Counted from the first letter of the stretch, positions 49,587 through 59,582 are shown. The stretch is 64,000 nt of DNA from Candidatus Fermentibacteraceae bacterium (GCA_041750285.1 JBGSZS010000007.1:128001-192000); one strand, 5' to 3'. Notes: generated from the sequence alone by a model not told the origin. Made by a program: numbers and translations.

Positions 49587-50479
49587 CAGAGCCCCATGAA
49601 GAACCCGATGATGGCCCTGGAACCGTCGAGGTCCCTGCAGGTGTTCCCCACCGTTCGCGGCGGAAGGTACTGCCTGCCCCCCGGCAGTGTGTGTCCACCC
49701 CCCTCGATGGCGTAGAGTGCAACAACCACCCGGCCATCGCGTTTCCACTCGCTCAGAACCGCTGTCGCGCCGTCTTCGGGGTCGGTGTCGGGAATCACCG
49801 TCAGTTCGGGCTCAAATTCGATGCCGTTCCAGTCCAGCCAGAGTTGCACGCTCCCTGCCGTTGAAATGACCTCGCCCCGGGTCTCTCCCCAGGGCAGGGT
49901 GACGGTTCCTCCCCCGTAGGGTACCAGGGGGTCGAGCGTCCCGTTCATGAAAAGCACCGGGACGGGGTGGGACGGCTGACCCGTGAAACCCGAGGGCATC
50001 TGGGAGATCACCGAAGCCCCGCCCGAGAACAGGTCGCCCCGGGTGACGAGCAGTTCCTGGGCGAACATCCCCCCGTTGGAGAGCCCCATGATGAAGACGG
50101 GTCCCGTCCCGTGATCCGATGCCAGGTTTTCCACGAGGGCGGAGATGAAACCAGTGTCGTCAACCCACGCCATCCCGGGCTCCCTTGAGAGATGGATAGA
50201 ATCATACCATCTGTTGTTGATACCCTGTGGATAAACGACTATAAACCCCATTTCATCCGCCAGATCTGAAAGCCCAGTATAGCGTTCAAAACCTGCGGCG
50301 GTTCCGCCGCCGCCGTGAAGGGCCACGACGAGGGGCATGCCGGAACGGGGTTCGTTTGGGATGTGGAGGAGGTAGCTCCTGTCGACGCCTCCGTGCGAAA
50401 CCGTCACAAGCCTTCCGCAGCCCGAGATCAGAAGGAACACCGGGAGAGCGTGTCTGAACGGGCAAAAACGTTTCCTCAT
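49586..50479 (-). CDS. LpqC/PHB-depolymerase-family esterase lipoprotein
   Basis: Lipobox ISGC, LHGGGG, VYPQG, GLSNGG, GTLDPLVP, GGGHTLPG. Confidence 0.85.
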   Translation of the reverse strand: MRKRFCPFRHALPVFLLISGCGRLVTVSHGGVDRSYLLHIPNEPRSGMPLVVALHGGGGTAAGFERYTGLSDLADEMGFIVVYPQGINNRWYDSIHLSREPGMAWVDDTGFISALVENLASDHGTGPVFIMGLSNGGMFAQELLVTRGDLFSGGASVISQMPSGFTGQPSHPVPVLFMNGTLDPLVPYGGGTVTLPWGETRGEVISTAGSVQLWLDWNGIEFEPELTVIPDTDPEDGATAVLSEWKRDGRVVVALYAIEGGGHTLPGGRQYLPPRTVGNTCRDLDGSRAIIGFFMGL

Positions 50480-50497
50480 GGAATCATCCCTCCAAGG

Positions 50498-50526
50498 GTG
50501 ACAAACGGTCGTTTCATGGTTACCTT
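50498..50526 (+). promoter_or_regulatory. possible sigma70 promoter of rseC-tldD-tldE
   Basis: GTGACA-N17-TACCTT. Confidence 0.35.
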
Positions 50527-50556
50527 TATCCATAACAGGGAAAGAGGTTCGCGGCC

Positions 50557-50982
50557 ATGACACACACCGGGATCATCCGTGAACTGAGGGGCCATAACGC
50601 CATGGTTGCGGTTGACGCCTCGCAGTGCGGAAGCTGTTCGACAAGGAGCACCTGCTACGGCCTCTCGGGAAAGGGTCCCGAAGAACGGGTTGTCTCGGCG
50701 TCCAACCTTGCGGGCGCCTCGGTCGGTGACAGGGTCGTGGTCGAGTTGCAGGCCCGGGCTTCGACGATCGTGATCCTGCTGACATTCATGTTTCCGGTCC
50801 TAATCATGGGGATCGGCTACGCCCTCTTCAGCGGGGGAGGAGCACTCCCGGGAGCGGCAGGAGCCTTCGGGGGGCTCGTTGTCGGGCTTGGCCTCTCGTG
50901 GATCATGATCAGAAGGCTGTCGTTCGTGCCCGGTTTCGGTCTGACCGTGGTCAGGGTTCTGGAAAAAGGGGAAGTGACATGA
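50557..50982 (+). CDS. RseC/MucC-family membrane protein
   Basis: CGSCSTRSTC, NLAGASVGDRVVV, two TMs. Confidence 0.85.
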   Translation: MTHTGIIRELRGHNAMVAVDASQCGSCSTRSTCYGLSGKGPEERVVSASNLAGASVGDRVVVELQARASTIVILLTFMFPVLIMGIGYALFSGGGALPGAAGAFGGLVVGLGLSWIMIRRLSFVPGFGLTVVRVLEKGEVT

Positions 50983-52415
50983 TGAAGAAGGCCGCGCAAC
51001 GAGCCATCGAGATACTTGAATCACTGGGAGTCTCCTACGGCGACGCCCGGGCCGAAACGGTGATGACCGAAAGGATGGTCTTCAGGAACGGACGGCTTGA
51101 ACAGGGAATCGTTCGTGAGAGTGCCGGGCTTGGAGTAAGGGCCATAGTGGGAGGAGCCTGGGGTTTCGGCGCAAGCACGGGATTCGGGTTGGAAAGCGTT
51201 GATGCAGCAGCGCGCAGGGCCTTTGACATCGCTGTGGCGGCGTCGGGGGGCACGGTCAAGAGGCTTGCCCCGCTGGCCCCGCAGAGGGGGCTCTATCGAG
51301 GTCCCCTCGAGAAGGATCCTTTCAGTGTCTCTTCCGGCGAGAAGATGGCACTTCTGGAAATGGTCAGCCGGGAAGCCATGAAGGACAAGAGGATAAAGGA
51401 ATGCTACGCCTGGCTCTGGTTTGAGAACAGAAAACGGGTGTATGCCTCGACCGAGGGTTCGCTCACAGAAACCGACCTCACCTTCAGCGAACCGTTCCTG
51501 ATGGCCACCGCGGTATCTGGAGGCGACGCCCAGAGCCGCTCCCTTCAGGACGGCGCCAGGATAGCGGGCTGGGAATGGATAGAGAAGTGCGACATGCCGG
51601 GCTGGGCGGAGAGGGTGAGGGATGAGGCGCTGGAAAAGGTCCTTGCCCCGGAGTCCCCCGAAGGCGTCATGGACCTTTTGCTTGACGGAATCCACCTGAG
51701 CCTGACCATGCACGAATCCGTGGGTCATCCCACCGAGAGCGACAGGGTGCTGGGATGGGAATCCAACATGGCTGGAAGGTCCTTTCTGGATGTGGGCGAC
51801 CAGCGAAGCGCGGTCTACGGCTCCCACTTCGTCAACTTTCTGGCTGACAACACGCTTCCCTACGGTCTCGCTTCGTGGGGCTGGGATGATGAAGGAGTGC
51901 CCGGACAGAAATGGCACCTCGTGAGGAACGGTGTTTTCCAGGAGTTCGGCACGGTTCGTGAGACCGGCCCTCTCGTCGGGAGAACCTACAGCAGGGGGTG
52001 CTGCCGGGCAATGGATTACGCAAGCTTTCCCATCAACAGACAACCCAATTTCATACTCGAGCCCGGTCCCGACGGGGTGACACCGGAAGACCTTCTCAAG
52101 GACATCAAGCTGGGTGTGATGATAGAGGGTCGCGGTTCTTTCAGCATCGATCAGCGCCGGCTCAACTTCCAGTTCGGCGGCGACAGGTTCCAGCTCGTCA
52201 GGAACGGCAGGATTGCCGGACCGCTCAAGAAAGTGATCTACAGAAGCCAGACCCCGAGGTTCTGGGGGAGCTGCGACGGGATCGCCGACGCCCGATGGCT
52301 TCGAACCATGGGTGTTCTCAACTGCGGCAAGGGCGAACCCGCTCAGTCGGCCAGAATGACCCATGGCGCCAGCTGGGCGAGGTTCCGGAACGTGAATGTC
52401 GGAGGTGGGAAATGA
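50979..52415 (+). CDS. tldD: TldD-family metalloprotease (second paralogue)
   Basis: GLGVRAIVGGAWGF, HESVGHPTESDR, WDDEGV, CGKGEPAQ. Confidence 0.9.
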   Translation: MMKKAAQRAIEILESLGVSYGDARAETVMTERMVFRNGRLEQGIVRESAGLGVRAIVGGAWGFGASTGFGLESVDAAARRAFDIAVAASGGTVKRLAPLAPQRGLYRGPLEKDPFSVSSGEKMALLEMVSREAMKDKRIKECYAWLWFENRKRVYASTEGSLTETDLTFSEPFLMATAVSGGDAQSRSLQDGARIAGWEWIEKCDMPGWAERVRDEALEKVLAPESPEGVMDLLLDGIHLSLTMHESVGHPTESDRVLGWESNMAGRSFLDVGDQRSAVYGSHFVNFLADNTLPYGLASWGWDDEGVPGQKWHLVRNGVFQEFGTVRETGPLVGRTYSRGCCRAMDYASFPINRQPNFILEPGPDGVTPEDLLKDIKLGVMIEGRGSFSIDQRRLNFQFGGDRFQLVRNGRIAGPLKKVIYRSQTPRFWGSCDGIADARWLRTMGVLNCGKGEPAQSARMTHGASWARFRNVNVGGGK

Positions 52416-53689
52416 CTGCTAAGCACGCGGTCGAGATCGCGGAAAAAGCCGTTGAAGCCGGGGGGACGCTTCATTCTTCGGCTTTCGCCTCATTCAACAG
52501 GGTTGCTTCGGTCCGGTTCGGGAAAAATTCGATAACCCAGAACCAGGATGTCGGGAGCCTCTCGGTCACCCTTACGGTCGGGGACGGCAGCAGGAAGGCA
52601 TCGGTGAGTTTCGAGGACACCAGTCCTGATTCCATGGCGAGGGCCGCCTCCAAGGCAAGGGCCCTCATGGAGGCGTCGCCCCCTGACCCCGAATACATGC
52701 CGCCTCCCGAAGAGGGGCAGGTCTACCCGTTCATCAACGATGCCATGGACCCTGAAGCTGCGGAATGCCCGGTTCAGAGAAGGATAGAAGCTGTAAGGGG
52801 GCTCATTGACACGGCAGACGGGTTCGGCCTCGAGGCCGGGGGGATCTGTTCCAATCTTCACAGCGTCATCGCGCATGCATCGTCCACCGGAAACCTCGCC
52901 AGCCACGAGAGGACCTCTGTCACGCTGAGCTTCACCATGGACAGGGGAAGCGCGTCCAGTTTCCGCCAGTTGCACCATGAATCATGGGGGGCGATCCCCT
53001 GGCGTGAAGCCTCGGAACAGGTGGCCCGTGAAGCGCTGGCCAACACCGATCAGAAGGACGCCGAACCCGGTGAGTACACCATCATATTCGAACCCCAGGC
53101 CGTGGCCGACATCCTTCCCTTCCTGGCTTGGAGCATGGACGCAAGAAGGGCCGATGAAGGCCTTACAGTCTTCAGCGGGATGCAGGGCAAACAGGTCTCC
53201 GGCGCGAGGTTCACCCTTCGTTCGGATCCTGACGGCCCCGCAAAAGGGACCCCCTTCGACAGCAACGGGGTTCCTTCCGGATACTCGGTGTGGATAAGGA
53301 ACGGAACGCTGGAAAACCTGCCCTGCGACAGGTACTGGGCGGCCAGAACCGGACGCCAGCCGCTGTTCATTCCGGACTGCCTGGAGATGAAGGGTGACGC
53401 CGGCTCGACGCGTGACCTCATCCTGGGGACGAAGAGGGGAATCCTCGTGCGAAGGCTCTGGTACATCCGTTTCGTGGATCAGAAAACCCTGGTGCTCACC
53501 GGCATGACAAGGGACGGCGTTTTCATGATAAGGGACGGCAGGACCGTGGAACCGCTGCGTGACTTTCGCTGGAACTGGCGTCCGCTTGAGCTTTTCGGGA
53601 GGATCGAGGCCCTGGGTTCAGCGGAGAGGAAATCCTACGCCTTCGTTCCGCCTGTTGCGGTGGGAGGGGTGAAGTTCCCCTGCGTGTAG
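52412..53689 (+). CDS. tldE: TldE/PmbA-family protein (second paralogue)
   Basis: EPGEYTIIFEPQAV, RLWYIR.VD..TL.LTGMTRDGVF. Confidence 0.85.
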   Translation: MTAKHAVEIAEKAVEAGGTLHSSAFASFNRVASVRFGKNSITQNQDVGSLSVTLTVGDGSRKASVSFEDTSPDSMARAASKARALMEASPPDPEYMPPPEEGQVYPFINDAMDPEAAECPVQRRIEAVRGLIDTADGFGLEAGGICSNLHSVIAHASSTGNLASHERTSVTLSFTMDRGSASSFRQLHHESWGAIPWREASEQVAREALANTDQKDAEPGEYTIIFEPQAVADILPFLAWSMDARRADEGLTVFSGMQGKQVSGARFTLRSDPDGPAKGTPFDSNGVPSGYSVWIRNGTLENLPCDRYWAARTGRQPLFIPDCLEMKGDAGSTRDLILGTKRGILVRRLWYIRFVDQKTLVLTGMTRDGVFMIRDGRTVEPLRDFRWNWRPLELFGRIEALGSAERKSYAFVPPVAVGGVKFPCV

Positions 53690-53693
53690 CCCC

Positions 53694-54479
53694 TCAGTAC
53701 GGTGACCCCCAGTAGACCCTGAAGCCCAGCCAGCCCTGGCCCTCAAGCGGATCGATCGGGCGGTTGTCGAGGAAATGGTACGAGGCGAACAGGTCAAGGC
53801 CGCCGGTTTCAGTGTGGTGCCCCCAGAACAGCTCACCTTCCACCCTGCCCAACGTGGTTCCGTCCTGGTTGACTATGAGTTCGGACCTTGCAGTGATCCC
53901 GGCGCAGGATGACTTTCGGGCTGCGAGAAGAACGGTGGCCTCGCCCTCGATTCCCCAGTCGTAGATGTGCCCCTTCTGAAGACCCGTTCCGCGTGGGATG
54001 TAACTCACCGCGCTTATCCACCCCCTGGGCACACCGCCTTCGGGGAACCACTGAAGCGTGGGGCTTCCGAGTGGAAGCGGCGGATCGTAGACGGCGCCGA
54101 TCTTCACGTTGTTGAGGTAATGGCCGAGGGTGTCTGCCATGTCTATGTGGTGATAGCATTCATGTTCCGAGTAAAGCCGCAGATCCACGGGATCCACCCT
54201 GTATGCCCACTGGGACAGGATGGTCCAGTGGGCCTTCCATACGTGGAAGACCATCTCGGGATGGCTCCACTGCCTCCCCATGAACGTCTCGGTGGAAAGG
54301 CCGAAAGTCCATTCCAGCCCGTCAACGTCAAGCGTTTTCATGGAGCCTGAGACCTCTCCCCTCATGAAATGCTCGAGGGAATGCCGGAAGAAGTATCTGA
54401 GGTTGACCTCTCCGCTGGGTTCGAGGGGGAAGGAAACGCTTATGGAAAGCAGTGACAGAAGAAGCAGGGGAGCCGTCAT
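53694..54479 (-). CDS. hypothetical exported, probable beta-barrel protein
   Basis: Signal peptide, aromatic-rich alternating strands, HECYHHID motif, ends GFRVYWGSPY. Confidence 0.6.
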   Translation of the reverse strand: MTAPLLLLSLLSISVSFPLEPSGEVNLRYFFRHSLEHFMRGEVSGSMKTLDVDGLEWTFGLSTETFMGRQWSHPEMVFHVWKAHWTILSQWAYRVDPVDLRLYSEHECYHHIDMADTLGHYLNNVKIGAVYDPPLPLGSPTLQWFPEGGVPRGWISAVSYIPRGTGLQKGHIYDWGIEGEATVLLAARKSSCAGITARSELIVNQDGTTLGRVEGELFWGHHTETGGLDLFASYHFLDNRPIDPLEGQGWLGFRVYWGSPY

Positions 54480-55117
54480 GGGATGAACTCCGACAGGTTG
54501 ATGAAGGCATCCTGTCTTCCGGAGGCCATGGCCCGGGACAGGGCACTCACAAGAACGGACTCGCTCATGTTGCCTTCGGCGTGATACCTGCCGTTGACCA
54601 CCGTTCTGGGAACACCCATGACCCTGTGGGAGGATGCCAGTTCGGGATACTCCTGGGCCTCGATCACCGAAGCGCTGACCAGGGGTGATGCGGCGGCCAT
54701 CCTGTGTGCCAGGACTGCGGCACCCGGACAATGGGGGCAGGTCGGGGTGACGAAGACCATGATGTTCAGCTCCCCGCTCAGACCATCGATGAATGAGACA
54801 GTGGCCGGAGAGAGCTTCGTGCCCGTGCGCCCGGCGTCGATTATTGCCGTCAGCAGGGTGCTGAACTCGTAACCCGACGGAGTTCCCATGAAGCGCACCC
54901 GTCCATGCTCACCCACTGTGATAGAAGGGGGGCCGGTTTCAGGTGAAGGAGCGGTAACCAGCCGGATCCTGTCGGTGAGTTCAGCGAGCTCGCCGAGTAT
55001 GGCTCCGCTGTCGCCGGCGCCTTCGGGTGGGTGTGCGAGGGTGACCGAAACCGTGTTCTCCATGGTGGCAAAGTGCTGACGAATGGCATTTCTGTCGTCT
55101 TCAGAAAGAAGGGGCAT
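54476..55117 (-). CDS. two-domain thioredoxin-fold protein disulfide oxidoreductase (PDO/AhpF-NTD-like)
   Basis: GTPSGYEFSTLL, FVTPTCPHCP, VMGVPRTVVN. Confidence 0.85.
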   Translation of the reverse strand: MPLLSEDDRNAIRQHFATMENTVSVTLAHPPEGAGDSGAILGELAELTDRIRLVTAPSPETGPPSITVGEHGRVRFMGTPSGYEFSTLLTAIIDAGRTGTKLSPATVSFIDGLSGELNIMVFVTPTCPHCPGAAVLAHRMAAASPLVSASVIEAQEYPELASSHRVMGVPRTVVNGRYHAEGNMSESVLVSALSRAMASGRQDAFINLSEFIP

Positions 55118-56073
55118 CAGTGTCGCCTCCGGTCATCAAGGTACTCAAAGGCCGCCCATGCGGCCCTGGCGCCGTCTGAGGCCGCCGTGACGACCTGACG
55201 GAAACCGTTGGAGGTCACGTCTCCCGCGGCGTAGACCCCGGGCCTGGAAGTTTCGACGATGTTCCGGGTGAGCACGGCTCCCCGGGCGTCGAGTTCCACA
55301 AGACCCCTGAAGGGATCAGTGGCCGGCCTGGTTCCCACGTAAAGGAAGACGCCGTCAACTTCGAGGTGTTCGACACCCGACGGGGTGTCGAGGTCTACAC
55401 CTGTGACTCCCTGTTCGTCGCCGGTGATGGCTTTCAGTGTTGAGTTCCAGCGGACCTCGCAGGTCGGGCAGTCAAGAAGGCGCCGTGCGAGCCGGGGCTC
55501 GGCCCTGAGGGTATCGCGCCTGTGCACAAGGACAAGACCGGAGACCACCCCCGACAGGTGCAGGGCCTCCTTCACGGCGCTGTCGCCCCCTCCCACCACG
55601 ACAACCCGGCGTCCGCGGTAGAACGGGGCGTCGCAGGTGGCGCAGAAGCTCACGCCCCTGCCGTAGTACCTGTCCTCCCCCGGCACACCAAGTTTCGCGG
55701 GTGCGGCGCCGGTGGCTATGATCAGTGTTCTGGCGGTGTAGGAGGATGTCCCGGTTCGAACCATCAGGTCGTCTCCCAGGGGTTCAACGCCCGACACGGT
55801 TTCGGTGGTGAAGCGCGCTCCTGCTTCGAGTGCCTGGGCCTTCATCGTTGCCGCAAGTTGTGAACCGGGTACCGAGGGAACCCCCGGATAGTTCTCGATG
55901 AGGGCCGTCAGAGCCGCCTGGCCGCCCGGCTGCCAGCTCTCCAGCACGATGTGGTCCAGCCCGTACCTTGCGGCGTACAGTGCCGCGGAGAGGGCCGCAG
56001 GGCCCCCTCCCGCTATTGCAAGGTCAACGGCCGAATCACTCCCGGGGTTGTCCTGCGGCAGATGGAACTGCAT
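55117..56073 (-). CDS. trxB: thioredoxin reductase
   Basis: GGGPAA, IENYPG, GVSFCATCD, GGGDSA, AAGDV. Confidence 0.93.
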   Translation of the reverse strand: MQFHLPQDNPGSDSAVDLAIAGGGPAALSAALYAARYGLDHIVLESWQPGGQAALTALIENYPGVPSVPGSQLAATMKAQALEAGARFTTETVSGVEPLGDDLMVRTGTSSYTARTLIIATGAAPAKLGVPGEDRYYGRGVSFCATCDAPFYRGRRVVVVGGGDSAVKEALHLSGVVSGLVLVHRRDTLRAEPRLARRLLDCPTCEVRWNSTLKAITGDEQGVTGVDLDTPSGVEHLEVDGVFLYVGTRPATDPFRGLVELDARGAVLTRNIVETSRPGVYAAGDVTSNGFRQVVTAASDGARAAWAAFEYLDDRRRH

Positions 56074-56077
56074 CCGG

Positions 56078-56419
56078 TCAGACTTTCCCCGGGGTCAGGA
56101 AACGGTTGGCGAGACCTTCGAGAGTCTTCCTGAGGTCACCCTTGTCACGGAAGCCGACCTGTCTGTCGATCTCCTTGCCACCGTGGAAAATGATCATGGT
56201 GGGCACTCCCCTGACCCCCATGGCGCCGGCCTCGGACGGGCTCTCGTCCACATCGATCTTGAAAAAGCTGACCTTGTCGGCCATTTCGGCGCTGAGGGCC
56301 TCGAGCACCGGATGAACCATCTGGCAGGGACCGCACCACGACGCGCTGAAATCCACCAGGGTCAGTTTTCCGGTGTCGGCCACCAGAGCTTTCATCTCTG
56401 CGCCCTTGATCTGTCTCAT
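56078..56419 (-). CDS. trxA: thioredoxin
   Basis: DFSASWCGPC, VRGVPT. Confidence 0.93.
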   Translation of the reverse strand: MRQIKGAEMKALVADTGKLTLVDFSASWCGPCQMVHPVLEALSAEMADKVSFFKIDVDESPSEAGAMGVRGVPTMIIFHGGKEIDRQVGFRDKGDLRKTLEGLANRFLTPGKV

Positions 56420-56461
56420 GTTGATATGTCTCCCTTCGGTTCAGAGTGTGCAGACCGTATA

Positions 56462-56477
56462 AGCAAAACGGATACCC
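56462..56477 (-). promoter_or_regulatory. possible sigma54-type promoter of trxA operon
   Basis: GGGTAT-CCGTT-TTGCT; GG and GC 10 nt apart. Confidence 0.5.
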
Positions 56478-56623
56478 GGACCGTCAAATGCTTCAAGACA
56501 AAGACACCAAAGTACTTGCGATCCGCAGGCAACCACGGTGGTGCAGAAGAAGTGCCCTTTCGGCATACGGGGTTCCCTCCCGCGGCTGACCGGAGCATAT
56601 TGCCTTGGGAAAAGAGGAGCAAG

Positions 56624-58150
56624 ATGGGAGTTGAGAACAGGCTCGCCGTCGAGGAGTTCACGACCCTTGCCCGTGGCATCATCCTTCGTGGCTACTACAA
56701 ACCGGGAGGTGATTCCGGAGCGGGTCTGAGAAGGCTGATGATACTTTCCGCACCATCCCTCTACCCCCATGCGGCCGATCCCGACCGTATTGACCTCCAG
56801 GCACTCCGATACGTGCTTCAGAGGCTTCCCGACCGGATATGGGCGATCCGTGACTTCACCGTGGCCCGAAACATATCACCCATGATAGCAAGGGACTTCA
56901 CGCCTGTGACCACCGCAGCAAGAAGAAGACCGACCTACCGGACAGGTCCCGACAGCCTGGTGACGAGTTTCAGGGGTGGGATGAGCGACCTGTTGGATTT
57001 CATAAGTGCCATGACCTGCTATCAGATCGAAACCGACAAGATGAGGGAAAAGGCCGTGGCATGCTTTCGAAGGGAAGACACCGACTTCAGGGGACCATCC
57101 ATCTGGGAACGCCTTGCCGACCCCGGCACGGGTGAGACGAGGAACAGCATCCTTCACGCCCTTTCGGTCGAGTTCAGGTGCGGTTACGACGAGATCAGGG
57201 AACTCGATGACATCATGGGCGGCGGGCTTCCCGAATTCGTCTCCACCGTTGTGAAGACCGACAGCAGGGAACTTAAGGTGACGTTCACGGACCGTTTCGG
57301 TCTCGTCGGAAACTACAACAGAAGGGCAAAGCTCTGGGCTGCAGCGGTGGCCGATGCGGTCTCGGGCTCTCGGTGTGTCCATCTCGTAAGCAGCAACCGG
57401 CACAGCATGGCCAATCTGCTTTCTCCATGGGTTGCGGCCCGCATCAGGGATGGAAGCGACCTGAACCAGGTGAGAAGGCTCATGGAGGAACCGGACAACG
57501 CGCGGGAAAGGCAGATCGCCGACAGGGAAGCCGGCATCGAGACCGTGACGGTCCCCGACGACACGCCGTTCTGCCAGACCGCGAGATCCGGGGACTCCGG
57601 CGTCATACTGAACATGGATTACGCATTCGGCGAGGAGGGTTTCTTCCTGTTCAACGAGCTTTGCGAAGTCCTGGGGGAAAGGCTCGGCAGTGTGTTCATA
57701 CTGGGCAAGGCGGGAACGCTTACCGGCGCAAGGGGTGACGTCATGCTTCCGTCCTACTTCGTGAAACAGGGCACCGGTGATGTCTATCCCGTTGACAACT
57801 GCCTCTCTCCCGGTGATTTCCCGGCTGATTTCCCGTTCAGGGTCTTCGGGGGAGGGCCGATGCTGACTGTCGACGGAACGTTCATGCAGAACAGGGATGT
57901 CCTTTCGTACTTCAGGGACAACTGGAAGGCTCTCGGGGTTGAGATGGAGGGAATCCCCTACATCAGGGCCCTGGCCCAGGCGGTCCTCAGGGGACGGATT
58001 CCCGGAGGGGTGCCCACGGGTGTTGCCTATTACGCCTCGGATGCCCCCCTTCAGGGAGACACACTCTCCGTTCCACTTGGCGATGCCGGGTTGGTGCCGG
58101 TCTACGCGGCGACCAGGGCGGTCCTTTCAAGGATAGGGAAGCTGGGCTGA
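56624..58150 (+). CDS. DUF6909-like protein with C-terminal nucleoside phosphorylase-like fold
   Basis: HLVSSNRHSMANL, MDYAFGEE, ILGKAG, GVEMEG, YYASDAPL; ATG after GAGGAG. Confidence 0.65.
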   Translation: MGVENRLAVEEFTTLARGIILRGYYKPGGDSGAGLRRLMILSAPSLYPHAADPDRIDLQALRYVLQRLPDRIWAIRDFTVARNISPMIARDFTPVTTAARRRPTYRTGPDSLVTSFRGGMSDLLDFISAMTCYQIETDKMREKAVACFRREDTDFRGPSIWERLADPGTGETRNSILHALSVEFRCGYDEIRELDDIMGGGLPEFVSTVVKTDSRELKVTFTDRFGLVGNYNRRAKLWAAAVADAVSGSRCVHLVSSNRHSMANLLSPWVAARIRDGSDLNQVRRLMEEPDNARERQIADREAGIETVTVPDDTPFCQTARSGDSGVILNMDYAFGEEGFFLFNELCEVLGERLGSVFILGKAGTLTGARGDVMLPSYFVKQGTGDVYPVDNCLSPGDFPADFPFRVFGGGPMLTVDGTFMQNRDVLSYFRDNWKALGVEMEGIPYIRALAQAVLRGRIPGGVPTGVAYYASDAPLQGDTLSVPLGDAGLVPVYAATRAVLSRIGKLG

Positions 58151-58169
58151 TCACGGGCCCGGACCGGGC

Positions 58170-59582
58170 TCAGTACGCGCCTTCGCCCGAGAAGATCGCC
58201 GGAACCGTCAGAAGCAGGATTGCAAGGTCAAGCCAGATGCTCCAATTGTCCACATAGAAGAGATCGAGCTTCACCATCTCCTCGAAGCCCAGTTCGCTCC
58301 TGCCGGAAACCTGCCAGACCCCTGTTATTCCCGGAACGGTCCTGAGGCGCTTGAAGTCGCGTCTGCTGTACTCGTTCACTTCCTCGGGCAGGGGGGGTCT
58401 GGGCCCCACAAGGCTCATGTCCCCCACGAGGACGTTGTACAGCTGCGGCAGCTCATCGAGGCTCCATCTTCTCATGAAGCGGCCGACATGTGTGATCCTC
58501 GGGTCGGCCCTGATCTTGAACAGCGGACCGGTGCTTTCGTTCAGATCCTTCAGGTTCCGGCGCTCGCCATGTGCGCCGGTCTTCATCGAACGGAACTTGA
58601 CGATGCGGAACGGGATGTTGTTCTTTCCAAGCCTGGTCTGGGAATAGAAGATCCCTCCCGGAGACTCCAGGGCGATAAGCGCGGCGAACAGGGGAAAGAA
58701 CGGGGAGAGAAGCAAGATGAGAAGCCCGCTTCCAAGAATGTCGCAGGTGCGCTTCAGTATCCTCCCCGTTGTGTCGAGGGGAGGGGGAACGGATTCAACC
58801 ATGGTGTTCCCGGCCATGTTCACAAGCCTCGAGGTCAGGCTGACCATCGTGTAAAGGTCGGCGGCCATCCGGTACGAGAACCCCCTCTGTTCGCACTGCA
58901 GGAGTATTGCTGCCTGTTCGTCGCGTGAGAGGGACTGGTCGGCCACCACCAGGTCCCTGATCCCGTTCTTCTCCATCCAGTCCGCCCAGTCCCCCGAATC
59001 AAGGGTCGGGGTGACCACGGCCTGGGCCCGGGAAGACAGCGGTGCAACATAGCCTTCGACCGAGTAGTGCAGCTGGGCCCTGGAAGTCATGTATTCCGCA
59101 AGCTCTCTGGCCAGGGCGTCGGTGCCGTACATCACCACCCTTTTCGGGCGGCCCCTGCGACGGGCGAGGCTGCGGCTCAGGCGCCTGTACAGAGTGTGCC
59201 ACGAACTCACGCACACGGCGCCGAACGGCAGTGCGAACAACAGGACGAACCTGCTGAAGAAGAGCTGTCTGGTGAGGAAGGTGATCGCGAACGTGATCAC
59301 CGTGCCCATGAAAGCCGCCCTGAGGATTGCCGCCACCTCCTCGACCTTCCCGAGTCCGAACTCCCTGCGGTACGCTCCGAAGATGCTCATGAGGGCTATC
59401 TGCACGACTCCAAGAACCGTTCCGCTGACCAGGTAGTGAAAGCCCGAGAGCCTGAAATCGCTGCCCATCACCGGGGCGAGGAGGAAGTGCCTGACCCAGT
59501 ATCCCAGCATGAACATCCCCGTTAGAAGAAGCAGGTCGACCAGTGAAAGCGGAAGGGCCCATTTGACCTTTGACCGGTTCAC
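58170..59582 (-). CDS. polyprenyl-phosphate glycosylphosphotransferase (second priming sugar transferase)
   Basis: KRTCD, KFRSM, DPRIT, SLDELPQL.NVL.GDMSLVGPRP, PGITGVWQV. Confidence 0.9.
   Translation of the reverse strand: MNRSKVKWALPLSLVDLLLLTGMFMLGYWVRHFLLAPVMGSDFRLSGFHYLVSGTVLGVVQIALMSIFGAYRREFGLGKVEEVAAILRAAFMGTVITFAITFLTRQLFFSRFVLLFALPFGAVCVSSWHTLYRRLSRSLARRRGRPKRVVMYGTDALARELAEYMTSRAQLHYSVEGYVAPLSSRAQAVVTPTLDSGDWADWMEKNGIRDLVVADQSLSRDEQAAILLQCEQRGFSYRMAADLYTMVSLTSRLVNMAGNTMVESVPPPLDTTGRILKRTCDILGSGLLILLLSPFFPLFAALIALESPGGIFYSQTRLGKNNIPFRIVKFRSMKTGAHGERRNLKDLNESTGPLFKIRADPRITHVGRFMRRWSLDELPQLYNVLVGDMSLVGPRPPLPEEVNEYSRRDFKRLRTVPGITGVWQVSGRSELGFEEMVKLDLFYVDNWSIWLDLAILLLTVPAIFSGEGAY

Noticed and set aside
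55898..56623. N-terminal 242 aa of the 750-aa ORF
   Set aside because: Overlaps trxA/trxB in antisense; a good SD and ATG exist at 56624
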